Positions 19,507 through 31,762 of a stretch of DNA of 64,000 nucleotides are shown one piece after another. The stretch comes from Lentimicrobiaceae bacterium (GTDB taxonomy: Bacteria; Bacteroidota; Bacteroidia; Bacteroidales; JAAYJT01): the NCBI GenBank assembly GCA_037446395.1, contig JBBIIP010000003.1, positions 33,339 to 97,338 on the forward strand, written 5' to 3'. How positions within the stretch are numbered: position 1 is the first letter of the stretch; each line of letters starts with the position of its first letter. A program made the position numbers and the translations under genes. The notes beneath the pieces were generated by a model. It saw only the letters and a list, made by a program, of their open reading frames with translations, was not told the DNA's origin and made no database searches.

Positions 19507-22500
19507 ATGAATAATCTACGATTCAGCATTGCTATAATACTCTTCAGTATGTTGTCAGTTCATTTGCTTGCGCAAAAAACTGCCACCTTTTCCGATCCCT
19601 GGGGGCAGTTTAACAAAGCAAAAGAATTATTTGATCTTGACAAGTTCACAACTGCAAAGAACATTTTCGAAGAATTGCAACTCAATGCCCCTGCTGAGGA
19701 CAGGGCATTGAAAATGCACACAGCATACTATGTAGCCCTTTGCGCTTCCTCCCTCAATCAACGGGAGGCTGAGTACCTGCTCGAATCCTTTATTACTGAT
19801 TACCCTGAGAGTGCGGCAATATATCCTGCATATTTTCAGCTTGGCCAGGTGCAATTTGCCAACAAGAATTATCGCAATGCGCTGAAATCATTTGAACCAG
19901 TTGATCCAAAGCTATTAAACAACCAAGACCTTGCTGCATATTATTTCAAGACCGGATATTGCTATTTAAAGAATGAGAACCTGGCGAAGGCACGTCAACT
20001 GTTCAACAATCTCAGGGGAACGAAATCTGCATATACTACTCAGGCCACGTATTATTTTGCTCACATTGCATACATGAATGAGGAATATGAAACCGCATTA
20101 AAAGAATTTCAGCTCATCCGAAACACTCCTGAATATAAGAACCAGGTGCCATACTATCTCGTAAACATTTACTATAAGCAAGGTAAATTCCCGCAAGCCA
20201 TTGATGAAGGAGCGAAATATTTTAGTGGCGACCGCACCAAGTTAAATGCTGAAATGGCCAAGGTAATTGGCGATGCACATTATCGGCTTGGAAACTTTGC
20301 CGAAGCAAGGCCACTCATAGAATTCTATCATGCCAACAATCGTCGCCAGCCCACACGAGAAGAGTCGTTTCAGCTTGGATATCTCAACTACATGAGCAAG
20401 AAGTATGGCGAGGCAATCCAATATTTTCAACCGGTGGCGCAGCTGCAGGATTCGCTTGCTCAATTTGCATTCTATCATATTGCAGATTGCTATCTTAAAA
20501 CAGGCCAAAAACAATATGCGGCCAACGCTTTTATGTCGGCATACAAGATGAATTTCGATCAGAATATCCGCGAAGACGCACTCTTTAATTATGCACAACT
20601 CGCCTCCGAGTTATCCTATAACCCTTATAATGAAGCCATTAAGGCAATGAATCAATATCTCAGGGATTTTCCTGGCAGTAAACGCAAACCCGAAGCGCTG
20701 GCTTATCTGACCCACTTATACCTAACCACCAACAATTACCGTGAAGCCCTTGCTTCAATCGAGGCCATAGAGCGAAGGGATGACAAGCTGAACGAAGCTT
20801 ATCAGAAAATCAATTACTACCGTGGCATTGAGTTATTTAATGACAAAGATTTATTTAACGCAATTCCCTTGTTCAAAAAAGCTTCTGAAAATTCAAAAGA
20901 TGCAGTCATATCAGCCCAGGCACTCTTCTGGACCGGTGAAGCATATTTCAGGCTGGCTCAACATGATTTGGCCGTTGATTATTTTAACAGGTTTCTAAGC
21001 GCCAAGGCTTCACGCACCCTTCCAATTTATTCCACTGCGCATTACAATATAGGATATGCATTTTTCCAGAAAAAAGATTATTTGAAAGCGGTTGAATGGT
21101 TCGGGCGGTTTCTCGAAAACGAGAAAACCGAAAACCCAAGAATGGTAAGCGATGCGCTGCTTCGAACAGGTGATTGTCATTTCATCAACAAGCGCTACCG
21201 CGAAGCCATCGCCCAATACGACAAAGCCATGCGCCTCTCGGGGAGCGAAGCCGACTATGCCACACTACAAAAGGGAAGAGCGCAAGGCGCGCTCGGCAAT
21301 TACCGTGAAAAGATTACCACCTTGCAGGCTTTCAGGCAAGTTTACAGAAAATCAACCCTTGCAGCCGAAGCGTTGTTCGAGATGGGCAATACGGCATTGT
21401 TGCTGAACCAGGAAAACGAAGCACTCGGATATTTTACTGCCCTAAGGCAAGAATATCCTGAAAGCAGTCTGGCAAAAAACAGCCTGATGAAAACAGGCCT
21501 TATCTATTACAACGAAAACAATAACACACGCGCCCTTGAAATCTTTAAGAAAGTAATTAATGACTTTCCCGGTTCGCCTGAAGCACACGAAGCGCTTGCA
21601 AATATCCGAAACATCTATATTGACCTGAATCAGGTTGATGAATATGTGAGCTACTCCAAAGGGTTGTCTTTTGCCCAGGTAACCGATCGCGAGCAGGACT
21701 CAATGACCTATGTTGCCGCCCTGAATAAATATATGGCAAATGATTGCGTGAATGCAAGATCCGGATTTTCGAACTACCTGAGCCGCTACCCCAGGGGGTT
21801 GTACGTCTTAACGGCCACCTATTATCGTGCCGATTGCTATTTTCGCGCCAACAATGCAAATGATGCATTAGCTGATTATGAATCGGTTATCGCAATGCCA
21901 CGGTCTGAATTTACCGAAAACGCATTGCTGCGTGCCGCGCGAATCAACCTGGCCAAAAACAACCTTGCAAAAGCTGCTGACCAGTTTTTTCAACTCGAAA
22001 CGGTTGCGAGCACAACTGCAAACAAAATTGAAGCTCTTTCAGCCGGGATGCGATTAAGTTTTCGTCTCGAAAGGTATCAGCAATCAATTGATGCGGCTCA
22101 GCGCCTGCTCTCGCTCGAACGATTACCAGAAACATTGGCTGCTGAGGCAACACTATATCATGCTAAATCGCTGTATGCACTTCTTCGCCAGGAGCAGGCA
22201 CTACAGGCCTTCAGAGAAACCGTAAGGCTATCTCCCAGTGGCAGTATCGGAGCAGAGGCTAAATTTATGGTCGCACAGATTCTTTTCGATCAGAAAAAAT
22301 ATACCGATACCGAGAAAACAGTATTTGAACTAGCTTCGGGATATGCGTCATATGATTACTGGGTAGCCAAAGGGTTTATTTTGCTTGCCGATAATTACCG
22401 CCAAACGGGAAATATTTTTCAGGCAAGGCAAACGCTCCAAAGTGTGATTGACAATTACCAGGGTGAAGAGCTGAGAGAAATCGCACGAAAAAAATTGAGG

Positions 22501-22521
22501 GAATTACCTGCAGGAAATTAA
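19507..22521 (+). CDS. Secreted giant tetratricopeptide-repeat protein (1004 aa)
   Basis: The signal peptide (...VHLLAQK) has no Cys lipobox. More than 900 aa of TPR-like helical repeats follow, e.g. ALFWTGEAYFRLAQHDLAVDYFNRFL and AHYNIGYAFFQKKDYLKAVEWFGRFL. Confidence 0.7.
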   Translation: MNNLRFSIAIILFSMLSVHLLAQKTATFSDPWGQFNKAKELFDLDKFTTAKNIFEELQLNAPAEDRALKMHTAYYVALCASSLNQREAEYLLESFITDYPESAAIYPAYFQLGQVQFANKNYRNALKSFEPVDPKLLNNQDLAAYYFKTGYCYLKNENLAKARQLFNNLRGTKSAYTTQATYYFAHIAYMNEEYETALKEFQLIRNTPEYKNQVPYYLVNIYYKQGKFPQAIDEGAKYFSGDRTKLNAEMAKVIGDAHYRLGNFAEARPLIEFYHANNRRQPTREESFQLGYLNYMSKKYGEAIQYFQPVAQLQDSLAQFAFYHIADCYLKTGQKQYAANAFMSAYKMNFDQNIREDALFNYAQLASELSYNPYNEAIKAMNQYLRDFPGSKRKPEALAYLTHLYLTTNNYREALASIEAIERRDDKLNEAYQKINYYRGIELFNDKDLFNAIPLFKKASENSKDAVISAQALFWTGEAYFRLAQHDLAVDYFNRFLSAKASRTLPIYSTAHYNIGYAFFQKKDYLKAVEWFGRFLENEKTENPRMVSDALLRTGDCHFINKRYREAIAQYDKAMRLSGSEADYATLQKGRAQGALGNYREKITTLQAFRQVYRKSTLAAEALFEMGNTALLLNQENEALGYFTALRQEYPESSLAKNSLMKTGLIYYNENNNTRALEIFKKVINDFPGSPEAHEALANIRNIYIDLNQVDEYVSYSKGLSFAQVTDREQDSMTYVAALNKYMANDCVNARSGFSNYLSRYPRGLYVLTATYYRADCYFRANNANDALADYESVIAMPRSEFTENALLRAARINLAKNNLAKAADQFFQLETVASTTANKIEALSAGMRLSFRLERYQQSIDAAQRLLSLERLPETLAAEATLYHAKSLYALLRQEQALQAFRETVRLSPSGSIGAEAKFMVAQILFDQKKYTDTEKTVFELASGYASYDYWVAKGFILLADNYRQTGNIFQARQTLQSVIDNYQGEELREIARKKLRELPAGN

Positions 22522-22549
22522 TTAATCGGTCGCAGTACAAACAAAACCT

Positions 22550-24238
22550 ATGAAAGATAAACGCTTCATCCACTTCAAAATTCGGATGCTTGTTGCTTAC
22601 ATACTGGCATTAATGCCTGCAATGCTGCATGCACAGAAGCCCAGGCAGGAAGAAATCACGGTAATTGCTCCATACGAGCCAAGTATCCGGGAGGCCGAAA
22701 AAATCACAATTCAACCCAAAATCGAACCTGTCAAAGTATCGATCCCTAAATATGAAATAGCCATCTCGCCACGCAGGTTTGATGTAAAAGCAAGCCTTGA
22801 GCCTATTCAGGCTGCTTCGCCTGGAGCAGATGAGCAACCTACCATCTATCGCAATCTCGTAAAAGCAGGTTTTGGCAATTACACCACGCCATATTTTGAA
22901 TTTACAGCCAACAGTTTAAGAAATCAAAATCATGCCCTGGGAGTTCATCTGCGACACATCTCATCGAGTGGAACAATAAAAGAATACGGGTATCCGGGCT
23001 TCAGCGATAACTTTGCCAGGGTATTCGCGCAAAAGCAGTTCGAAAAGCTCGTTTTATCATCATCTGCGCAATTCCAGCGGAATGTGATCCATCACTACGG
23101 CTTCGTGGCTGATAGCTTTCCTAAACCAGTTTTCGATTTCTCAAAAGACAATATCAAACAGTGGTTCAATAAGGCGCAGGGCAATCTATCTTTGGTTAGT
23201 CGAAACAAAGAAAAATATGGCCTTCACTATGGTTCAAACCTTCAATATCGCTTCATAAATGACCGTTTTGCCACAAATGAACATGAATTTGGAGGTGATG
23301 CCCAAATAAAGACTTCTTTTGATATTTTCAGCTTGCCAGAGCAGCAACAACTTGTTGCAGATTTAAGTGTATTTCATACGAATACCAATGATAGCATAGC
23401 CAACAGGAAAAACACTCTGGTGAGTTTTAGGCCGACGCTGCAATTTACTTATCAGGAATATGAGATCAAAGCAGGGGTCAGAATCGAAGCCGACCATACC
23501 AATTCGACCCGCTTGCACATTTTTCCTGTGGCTGAAGCAAAATTATCGCTCATTGAGCAAAGGCTTGCATTGCTGGCAGGGATGGATGGCAAAGTGCATA
23601 AGAACACCTTCCGGAGTTTAACGGATGAAAATGAATTTGTTGTTTCGACCCTGAACTACCGAAATAGCATTGACAAATTGAGGGTTTATGGCGCCCTTGT
23701 AGGCAATCTTGCGAAAAGGGTGGATGCCTCGGTTGACTTTGAGTATACATCAACGAAAGCATCCCCGTTTTTTATCAGCGACACCATTGCTCCTTTCAGT
23801 AGATTTAGGGTAATTTATGATGACATGAAGGTTTTTCGGGCGGGGTTGAGTTCATCCTTCCAGCCCTCGCAAAAAATATCAATAAATCTTGGCGCAAGAT
23901 ATTATAGCTACAAAACAGACAAAGAAGCAGAGGCATGGTATCAACCTCGGTTTGATGCACGGATTCACGGCTTTTTTGCGATAAGCGAAAAGTTATCTTT
24001 TTCTGCTTCGGTGATTGCCAACGGAAAATCCTGGGCAAAAGTTTTTAACGGAAAGACCTTTGAAAAAGCACAAATGAATGCCTGGTTCGACCTAAGCGCT
24101 GGTGGCCGTTATTTCTATAATAAACAATTACATTTCTTTATTGACGCCCGTAATTTAACCGCTCAACGTCAATATTACTGGCACAATTATCCAAGCCAGC
24201 GCGTGAATGTTGTTGCCGGTGCCGGGTTTTCGTTTTAA
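22550..24238 (+). CDS. Predicted outer-membrane beta-barrel protein (unknown family)
   Basis: Signal peptide ...PAMLHAQ, and no soluble-enzyme motifs. Amphipathic strand-like alternation runs throughout, and the protein ends in VVAGAGFSF (aromatic C-terminal beta-signal). The alternative start is at 22586. Confidence 0.55.
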   Translation: MKDKRFIHFKIRMLVAYILALMPAMLHAQKPRQEEITVIAPYEPSIREAEKITIQPKIEPVKVSIPKYEIAISPRRFDVKASLEPIQAASPGADEQPTIYRNLVKAGFGNYTTPYFEFTANSLRNQNHALGVHLRHISSSGTIKEYGYPGFSDNFARVFAQKQFEKLVLSSSAQFQRNVIHHYGFVADSFPKPVFDFSKDNIKQWFNKAQGNLSLVSRNKEKYGLHYGSNLQYRFINDRFATNEHEFGGDAQIKTSFDIFSLPEQQQLVADLSVFHTNTNDSIANRKNTLVSFRPTLQFTYQEYEIKAGVRIEADHTNSTRLHIFPVAEAKLSLIEQRLALLAGMDGKVHKNTFRSLTDENEFVVSTLNYRNSIDKLRVYGALVGNLAKRVDASVDFEYTSTKASPFFISDTIAPFSRFRVIYDDMKVFRAGLSSSFQPSQKISINLGARYYSYKTDKEAEAWYQPRFDARIHGFFAISEKLSFSASVIANGKSWAKVFNGKTFEKAQMNAWFDLSAGGRYFYNKQLHFFIDARNLTAQRQYYWHNYPSQRVNVVAGAGFSF

Positions 24239-24518
24239 GCCGAATTAATAGCCTACTGTTAGCTTTTGCCTGATATAACGCCTTTACGGGGAGGCAAGCA
24301 CATTCACTCAAAGCTCCTGGTTGGCACCACATTTGGACATTCAAACCTATCTGGGATTTTCAATACCCTACCACAGATAGAAGCGTTGAAAAAACAATTG
24401 CAAAAGTTTTGGACGCTGAAGGAATGGAGGTTCTGTAGTTTTTCTTCAATTTTTTAATACTGGTCGGGCAAACGGCGCATGAGTAGGCCAAGCAACAAGA
24501 TGCGTTGTTGTATTGAAT

Positions 24519-25799
24519 TTATTCTTTCATTCGTCCAATAAGATATTCGAAATATCGTGATTTAATTTGTTGGCTGGCCATAATCTGTTTGATGGGAGGG
24601 ATGCGAAGCAGTGCCCCAAGAAGGGCAGCCAGGGCCCGATGGCTCCAGAGCACGCGGTTGTCGAAAATCAGGTTCTGTAGTTTTCCGCGTTCAATGGCCA
24701 TCATTACCGCCCGGTGAGTCCCATTCAAAGGTGTTATTATTCTTTTTTCTCTTGGCTTCAGAAGTATGGCCTTGTGAAGGCATGCGCGTGCACAAACACC
24801 GCAACCCAGGCATAATTCTTCAAGCAGCAAGGGCTTTTTCCGATTTGTTTTATTCGGATCGTGTGCCGAAACAAGTGCCAGCGCACCTACCGGGCACACA
24901 TTAACACATTTCCCACAACCGATGCAGTCCGAATTATGAAGCTCGGGTAAAAAGTTGGTGGTATGCACCGGGTTCAGAATTGCAAAGCGACGGGCTGCAA
25001 TCATCGCTTCGCAGCAACAACCACAGCAATTACAAATAAAATTGACTTCTTGCCTCACATTTTCGCCAAACTGCACCAGGTTGAACTCATAGGCTTGTTG
25101 AAGTAAATCAAGGCATTCAACTGCATCAATTTTACGTGCGTGACCATGTTTTGTAAGCGAGCCTGCTGAGTTATTGAATGTCATACAAATATCCTGCGGA
25201 GCCTTACAGGCTCGTTGCATATGATCCATTTTGTGGCGACAATAGCAGATGCCCACACCAATTTGTTTCGCGCTTCTTATCACCTCTGTGGCCCTCTCAT
25301 AATCAAGCACATGCAAGGCGTTTTCTTCAGATAAGGATGGCTCGTTGACGAAAACCCGACCCAGCTGTGTTTCGCCTTTGGTGAAAAGCTCACGCACAAA
25401 ATCTTCCTCCACGTTCAAATACTGGTAGAACAATTCCGCCAATGCTTTTTGATTGATGTCGTTTCGAATGCGCATCATCGAAAATTCAAAAAATCCCGCC
25501 ATGGGCGGTGGTAGAGCGTAGACCGACTCACCATTTCGGTCTATATCTACCAATAAGGCTTTGCTTGCCAGTGTCTCAAGGTTAACGCGAGTTTCGGCCA
25601 GGCTCAGCTTCCATATTCTACTTGCTTTTGCCGCGGTAAACGGTTTAATGGGGAGCAAAGAAACCAGTTGAGCTTCTTTTTCGCTGAAAAGAATCTTCAA
25701 AATCTTATTCAGCAATTCCGAAGGCGGGGCTCCCTGCGGGTACCGATTAATACGCTCCACCAATGATGAGTATGAGTTTTTTAAGGTGCGATGTGCCAT
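24519..25799 (-). CDS. Multi-cluster Fe-S protein (two ferredoxin-type 4Fe-4S motifs plus extra Cys clusters)
   Basis: CIGCGKCVNVCP and CLGCGVCARAC are ferredoxin CxxCxxCxxxCP-type motifs. Additional clusters are CYCRHKMDHMQRAC and CNCCGCCCEA. The first ~100 residues contain no Cys. Confidence 0.7.
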   Translation of the reverse strand: MAHRTLKNSYSSLVERINRYPQGAPPSELLNKILKILFSEKEAQLVSLLPIKPFTAAKASRIWKLSLAETRVNLETLASKALLVDIDRNGESVYALPPPMAGFFEFSMMRIRNDINQKALAELFYQYLNVEEDFVRELFTKGETQLGRVFVNEPSLSEENALHVLDYERATEVIRSAKQIGVGICYCRHKMDHMQRACKAPQDICMTFNNSAGSLTKHGHARKIDAVECLDLLQQAYEFNLVQFGENVRQEVNFICNCCGCCCEAMIAARRFAILNPVHTTNFLPELHNSDCIGCGKCVNVCPVGALALVSAHDPNKTNRKKPLLLEELCLGCGVCARACLHKAILLKPREKRIITPLNGTHRAVMMAIERGKLQNLIFDNRVLWSHRALAALLGALLRIPPIKQIMASQQIKSRYFEYLIGRMKE

Positions 25800-26094
25800 T
25801 GCTAACCTCTTAAAAATTTGTCTGAACTAACTCTGCTGAATCCGAAACTAAAGTATAAAAAAATTAATACCTATTTGGATTGTCCAATTTGAAAGCAATC
25901 ACAATTTCGAAAAATGGGTAGTGCTGAAAATTCATTGTGCTTGCAAGGAATTTTTGGGCTTTGTTCCTGAAGTTTCAGCCAGTCCATTGATATCTCGCTG
26001 ATATAGAACGTATTATAATATGTTTTAGAATGAGTTTCCCCTGTTAGTTATGTGTGCCTAAATGTTAATAACTTATCTCTTTCTCAACAGCTGA

Positions 26095-28131
<2,037 letters not shown>

Positions 28132-28269
28132 GTTGACTTCCGGCCAAAAGCGCTATAAGAGCCTGCAATAGATTCTATAAAAAATTTCCAGTCATTCGGT
28201 TAGTTTAAAAAACAATCCTACTTTAGCGGAAAGAAAAACACCGCTCTTACTAACCGATAATTGTTTGAT

Positions 28270-30105
28270 ATGATTCTCCAACTCATTGATTGGATAATAC
28301 TTGCCATTTTCTTTGTAGTTTTACTATCCATTGGGTTTCTCGCTTCGCGCAAAGCCGGCGACAATACAACAAATTATTTTCTGTCGGGCCGAACCATGCC
28401 TTGGTGGTTGCTGGGGGTTTCGATGGTAGCCACTACTTTTTCGAGCGACACCCCTAACCTGGTAACCGATATGGTGAGAACCGGAGGGGTAGCCAGCAAC
28501 TGGCTTTGGTGGGCGTTCCTGCTCACAGGCATGCTCACCGTCTTTGTGTATGCCCGCCTTTGGAATCGTTCGAAAGTAATGACCGACCTTGAATTTTATG
28601 AACTACGCTACAGTGGCCGCACGGCTGCCTTCTTGCGCGGTTTCAGAGCCGTGTATCTTGGATTTTTTTTCAATGTGATGGTCATTGCAAGTGTTTCGTT
28701 GGCTTTCATTAAAATTGCCGGGGTAATGTTGGGGCTGCAGCCAGCGCCTGCGCTGATTATTGCATCGGTGGTTGTGGTCTTTTATGCCAGCCTGGGAGGA
28801 TTGAAATCCATCCTTTGGACTGACCTTTTTCAGTTTAGTTTTGCTATGTTTGGGGCAGTTATTGCAGCTGTTTATGTAGCCCAATCGCCTGAAATCGGAG
28901 GATTATCAAACCTTTTAAGCCATCCTAACGTAATTGGCAAGCTGAGCATCCTACCCAATGTTTCTAATCCGGAATTATTTTTAAGCATCTTTCTAATTCC
29001 TATTGCTGTACAATGGTGGGCGGCCTGGTATCCAGGAGCTGAACCTGGTGGAGGCGGTTATGTTGCCCAACGCATGCTCTCGGCAAAAAACGAAAATCAC
29101 GCGGTGGGCGCCACATTGCTCTTCAACTTTTTCCATTATGCATTGCGTCCCTGGCCATGGATTATCGTCGGATTGGCTTCCCTTATTGTTTTTCCGGATA
29201 TACAATCATTGATCAATGCCTTTCCGGAAATACCGACACAATACATAAAAAATGACTTTGCATATCCCGCGATGCTGCGGGAATTTCTCCCCACAGGACT
29301 ACTTGGGCTGGTTGTGGCCTCGCTGATTGCAGCATTCATGTCAACAGTAGCTTCACAACTGAACTGGGGTTCGTCGTATTTGGTAAACGATTTTTATGGC
29401 CGTTTTGTGAATAAGTCTGCCTCTGAAAAACAAAAAGTTGCAGCCGGAAGAATTTCAACCGTTACCTTGATGGTGTTTTCGGTGCTCCTGGCACTTATTT
29501 TAAAAAACGCCCTCCAAGCATTCCAATACATGCTGATGATCGGAGCAGGTACAGGATTAATTTATATTCTTCGCTGGTTTTGGTGGCGCATCAATGCCTG
29601 GTCGGAATTATCGGCCATGTTTGCCGCGGGAATTTTCTCTCTCACATTCATCATGATCGAAAACTTCTGGTTGACCCGTGTGGATGACAAAGTGCGAGTA
29701 CTTGGACTCATCACTACCATCGGTTACTGGAATATTATAAAATTTGTTAGTGTAGTTTTCTTAACCACAATCTCCTGGCTCACCGTTACCTTTCTCACCC
29801 AACCGGTGAATGACAAAACCTTACATAACTTTTACCGGAAAATCAGGCCAGGCGGGCCCGGATGGAAAACCGTAGTACAAAAAGCTGCTGCCCAAAATAT
29901 CGTTCTGGAGAAAGAGCAAGACCTTCGATGGGATGTGCCTACCGGAATTCTTTGCATGATCTGGGGATGCCTTATTATTTATGGAACCCTATTTACTATC
30001 GGTAATCTGCTGTATGGAAAATTTGATATTGCACTGCTCTTTACAGCCATGGCAGTGGTTGGAATGATACTGCTGAAAAAATCCTGGAGAAAATTAAGAT
30101 CATAA
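28270..30105 (+). CDS. Sodium:solute symporter (SSS) family transporter
   Basis: Polytopic membrane protein with the SSS-like segment ASLGGLKSILWTDLFQF. ATG at 28270 (the ORF track starts at a TTG at 28261). The substrate cannot be predicted from the sequence. Confidence 0.8.
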   Translation: MILQLIDWIILAIFFVVLLSIGFLASRKAGDNTTNYFLSGRTMPWWLLGVSMVATTFSSDTPNLVTDMVRTGGVASNWLWWAFLLTGMLTVFVYARLWNRSKVMTDLEFYELRYSGRTAAFLRGFRAVYLGFFFNVMVIASVSLAFIKIAGVMLGLQPAPALIIASVVVVFYASLGGLKSILWTDLFQFSFAMFGAVIAAVYVAQSPEIGGLSNLLSHPNVIGKLSILPNVSNPELFLSIFLIPIAVQWWAAWYPGAEPGGGGYVAQRMLSAKNENHAVGATLLFNFFHYALRPWPWIIVGLASLIVFPDIQSLINAFPEIPTQYIKNDFAYPAMLREFLPTGLLGLVVASLIAAFMSTVASQLNWGSSYLVNDFYGRFVNKSASEKQKVAAGRISTVTLMVFSVLLALILKNALQAFQYMLMIGAGTGLIYILRWFWWRINAWSELSAMFAAGIFSLTFIMIENFWLTRVDDKVRVLGLITTIGYWNIIKFVSVVFLTTISWLTVTFLTQPVNDKTLHNFYRKIRPGGPGWKTVVQKAAAQNIVLEKEQDLRWDVPTGILCMIWGCLIIYGTLFTIGNLLYGKFDIALLFTAMAVVGMILLKKSWRKLRS

Positions 30106-30170
30106 TAAAGCCAGGTTTGCTAAATATACATTTGTAAAAAGGCCTTCCTGAAGCAATATCAGAAATCCTT

Positions 30171-30830
30171 TTAGGCTGTTGCCCGGCGCAAAAAGCTGAT
30201 CAGCGGATGCATGGCACGGAAGGCTGAAATAAGATATTTATTCAAGTCTGTCCCGTGTAAAACTTCATCAGGCAGGGTCCTCGACACAGTGTATGAGCGG
30301 TATTTCAATAAATCAACATGCTGATAATCTGCCGGATATCCCTTAGCTGGACGCATGAGTTTGCTTTCATGATCGAGTCCGGGAAAAAAGTTTGTGAGCT
30401 CAGGGTGATTGATAATTGAAATAAAATTCTCAACGTTAAAGTAAATTTCATCCCTGACCGCCTTCAATTGATTTGGCGGTGGCATATATAACCCGCCAGC
30501 CACCATAGAGCGCCCAGGTTCGAAATGAATGTAATAACCAGGATGGCTTCCTTTAATTCCTGTGTGAGAAATAAATGCTCCGATATTTGTTTTATACGGC
30601 GACTTGTCGGTCGAGAACCTCACATCCCGATAGATCCTGAAAAGACAATCCAAAGGACGAATGCCATGTATATCAGGATCAAAGTCAGAGATTTGCGGAA
30701 TCAGAACTGCAAGGAATCCGGCCATATCGCTTTTGATGGCTTCATAGGTGGTCTTGTTTTCACTAAACCACTCACGGTTATTGTTGTCGGATAAGCTGCT
30801 GAGAAACCCGAGGGCTCGATAGGTGTCCAT
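30171..30830 (-). CDS. DUF2461 (TIGR02453-like) family protein
   Basis: NNNREWFSENKTTYEA, FRIYRDVRFSTDKSPYKT and AGGLYMPPP match what I recall of this family's pattern. Unverified. Confidence 0.7.
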   Translation of the reverse strand: MDTYRALGFLSSLSDNNNREWFSENKTTYEAIKSDMAGFLAVLIPQISDFDPDIHGIRPLDCLFRIYRDVRFSTDKSPYKTNIGAFISHTGIKGSHPGYYIHFEPGRSMVAGGLYMPPPNQLKAVRDEIYFNVENFISIINHPELTNFFPGLDHESKLMRPAKGYPADYQHVDLLKYRSYTVSRTLPDEVLHGTDLNKYLISAFRAMHPLISFLRRATA

Positions 30831-30897
30831 AGTTTTGATATTTTATTGGATTTAAAAGTAAATCGCTTGAAAGTTTATTTATCTTAGTTGCAAAATT

Positions 30898-31746
30898 ATG
30901 ATAATGCAATCAAACTGGTTACGTTTTTGGATTTACGCCTGTCTTTTGCTTGGGGTACTGTTGTTTTTTTCACAATTGGCAGGCGCTCAAACCGGGAACA
31001 ATCCTACAGGGTCGCGGCAGGCAGCCCTTGGGGGGTCTTCATTGGTCCTGGCCGATGTGTGGGCTTCATTTAATAACCCTGCCCGCCTTGCAAACCTCAC
31101 CGGAATAAGTGTTGGCTTAAATTACGAGAATCGTTTTATGCTGAAAGACCTCGGATTTAACAGCATTGCGGCTGCTTTCCCTGTCCGCCCGGGTGTTTTG
31201 GCCTTGGCCGTGAGGCAGTTTGGGGGGCAGTTTTATAACGAAACCTTTGCGGGAATCGCATTTGGAAGAAAATTTGGCAGCAGATTTACTGCCGGAGTGC
31301 GGTTAGACGGTTATCACATACGCCTTGCCGAAAATTATGGCAGCCGAACTGTAGTTTCATTTGCTGCTGGATTTAGTGCCTCCCTCAACAGCAACCTTGA
31401 GTTTGGCGCTGCATTGTTTAATCCTTTGAAAGTCAATGCTGCCAAAGACTACGATGAAACATTGCCTTCGGTGTTCCGTGCAGGGTTGGCTTACAAAATT
31501 GACCAAGACCTTGTAGTATTGCTTGAGGCAGAAAAAGATATACGCTATAAGCCCACATTGCGAAGCGGAATCGAATACAGAGTGATTGATATATTCGCTC
31601 TGCGGGGAGGGATTGCCACCAACCCATCTTCGCTTTCATTTGGCTTTGGATTATTTCTGGGCAGATTTACACTCGATGTCTCAACCGTAAAACATGAGAT
31701 ACTTGGATACTCACCAAATGTGGCCATTATTTGGGAGGCAAAATAA
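30898..31746 (+). CDS. Small outer-membrane barrel, PorV/PorQ-like
   Basis: Signal peptide ...QLAGAQ. The N-terminal motif GSRQAALGGSSLVLADVWASFNNPARLA parallels the PorV motif in this window, and strand-like alternation runs to the C-terminus. Confidence 0.45.
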   Translation: MIMQSNWLRFWIYACLLLGVLLFFSQLAGAQTGNNPTGSRQAALGGSSLVLADVWASFNNPARLANLTGISVGLNYENRFMLKDLGFNSIAAAFPVRPGVLALAVRQFGGQFYNETFAGIAFGRKFGSRFTAGVRLDGYHIRLAENYGSRTVVSFAAGFSASLNSNLEFGAALFNPLKVNAAKDYDETLPSVFRAGLAYKIDQDLVVLLEAEKDIRYKPTLRSGIEYRVIDIFALRGGIATNPSSLSFGFGLFLGRFTLDVSTVKHEILGYSPNVAIIWEAK

Positions 31747-31762
31747 TTTTCGGGAATTTGCC

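Noticed and set aside
19507-22521. The 1004-aa TPR protein as the T9SS component PorW/SprE.
   Set aside because: PorW/SprE are lipoproteins. This protein has a signal peptide with no Cys lipobox (…VHLLAQK), and I cannot identify any PorW-specific region, so it stays an unassigned TPR protein.
24266-24457. The 63-aa ORF in the convergent gap between the barrel gene and the Fe-S protein gene.
   Set aside because: It has no ATG start with promoter-like context and no signal or motif. The region holds only short imperfect hairpins (e.g. CTATCTG at 24347-24353 with CAGATAG at 24374-24380, and CAACAA/TTGTTG near 24493-24510), which are best read as terminator-like structures.
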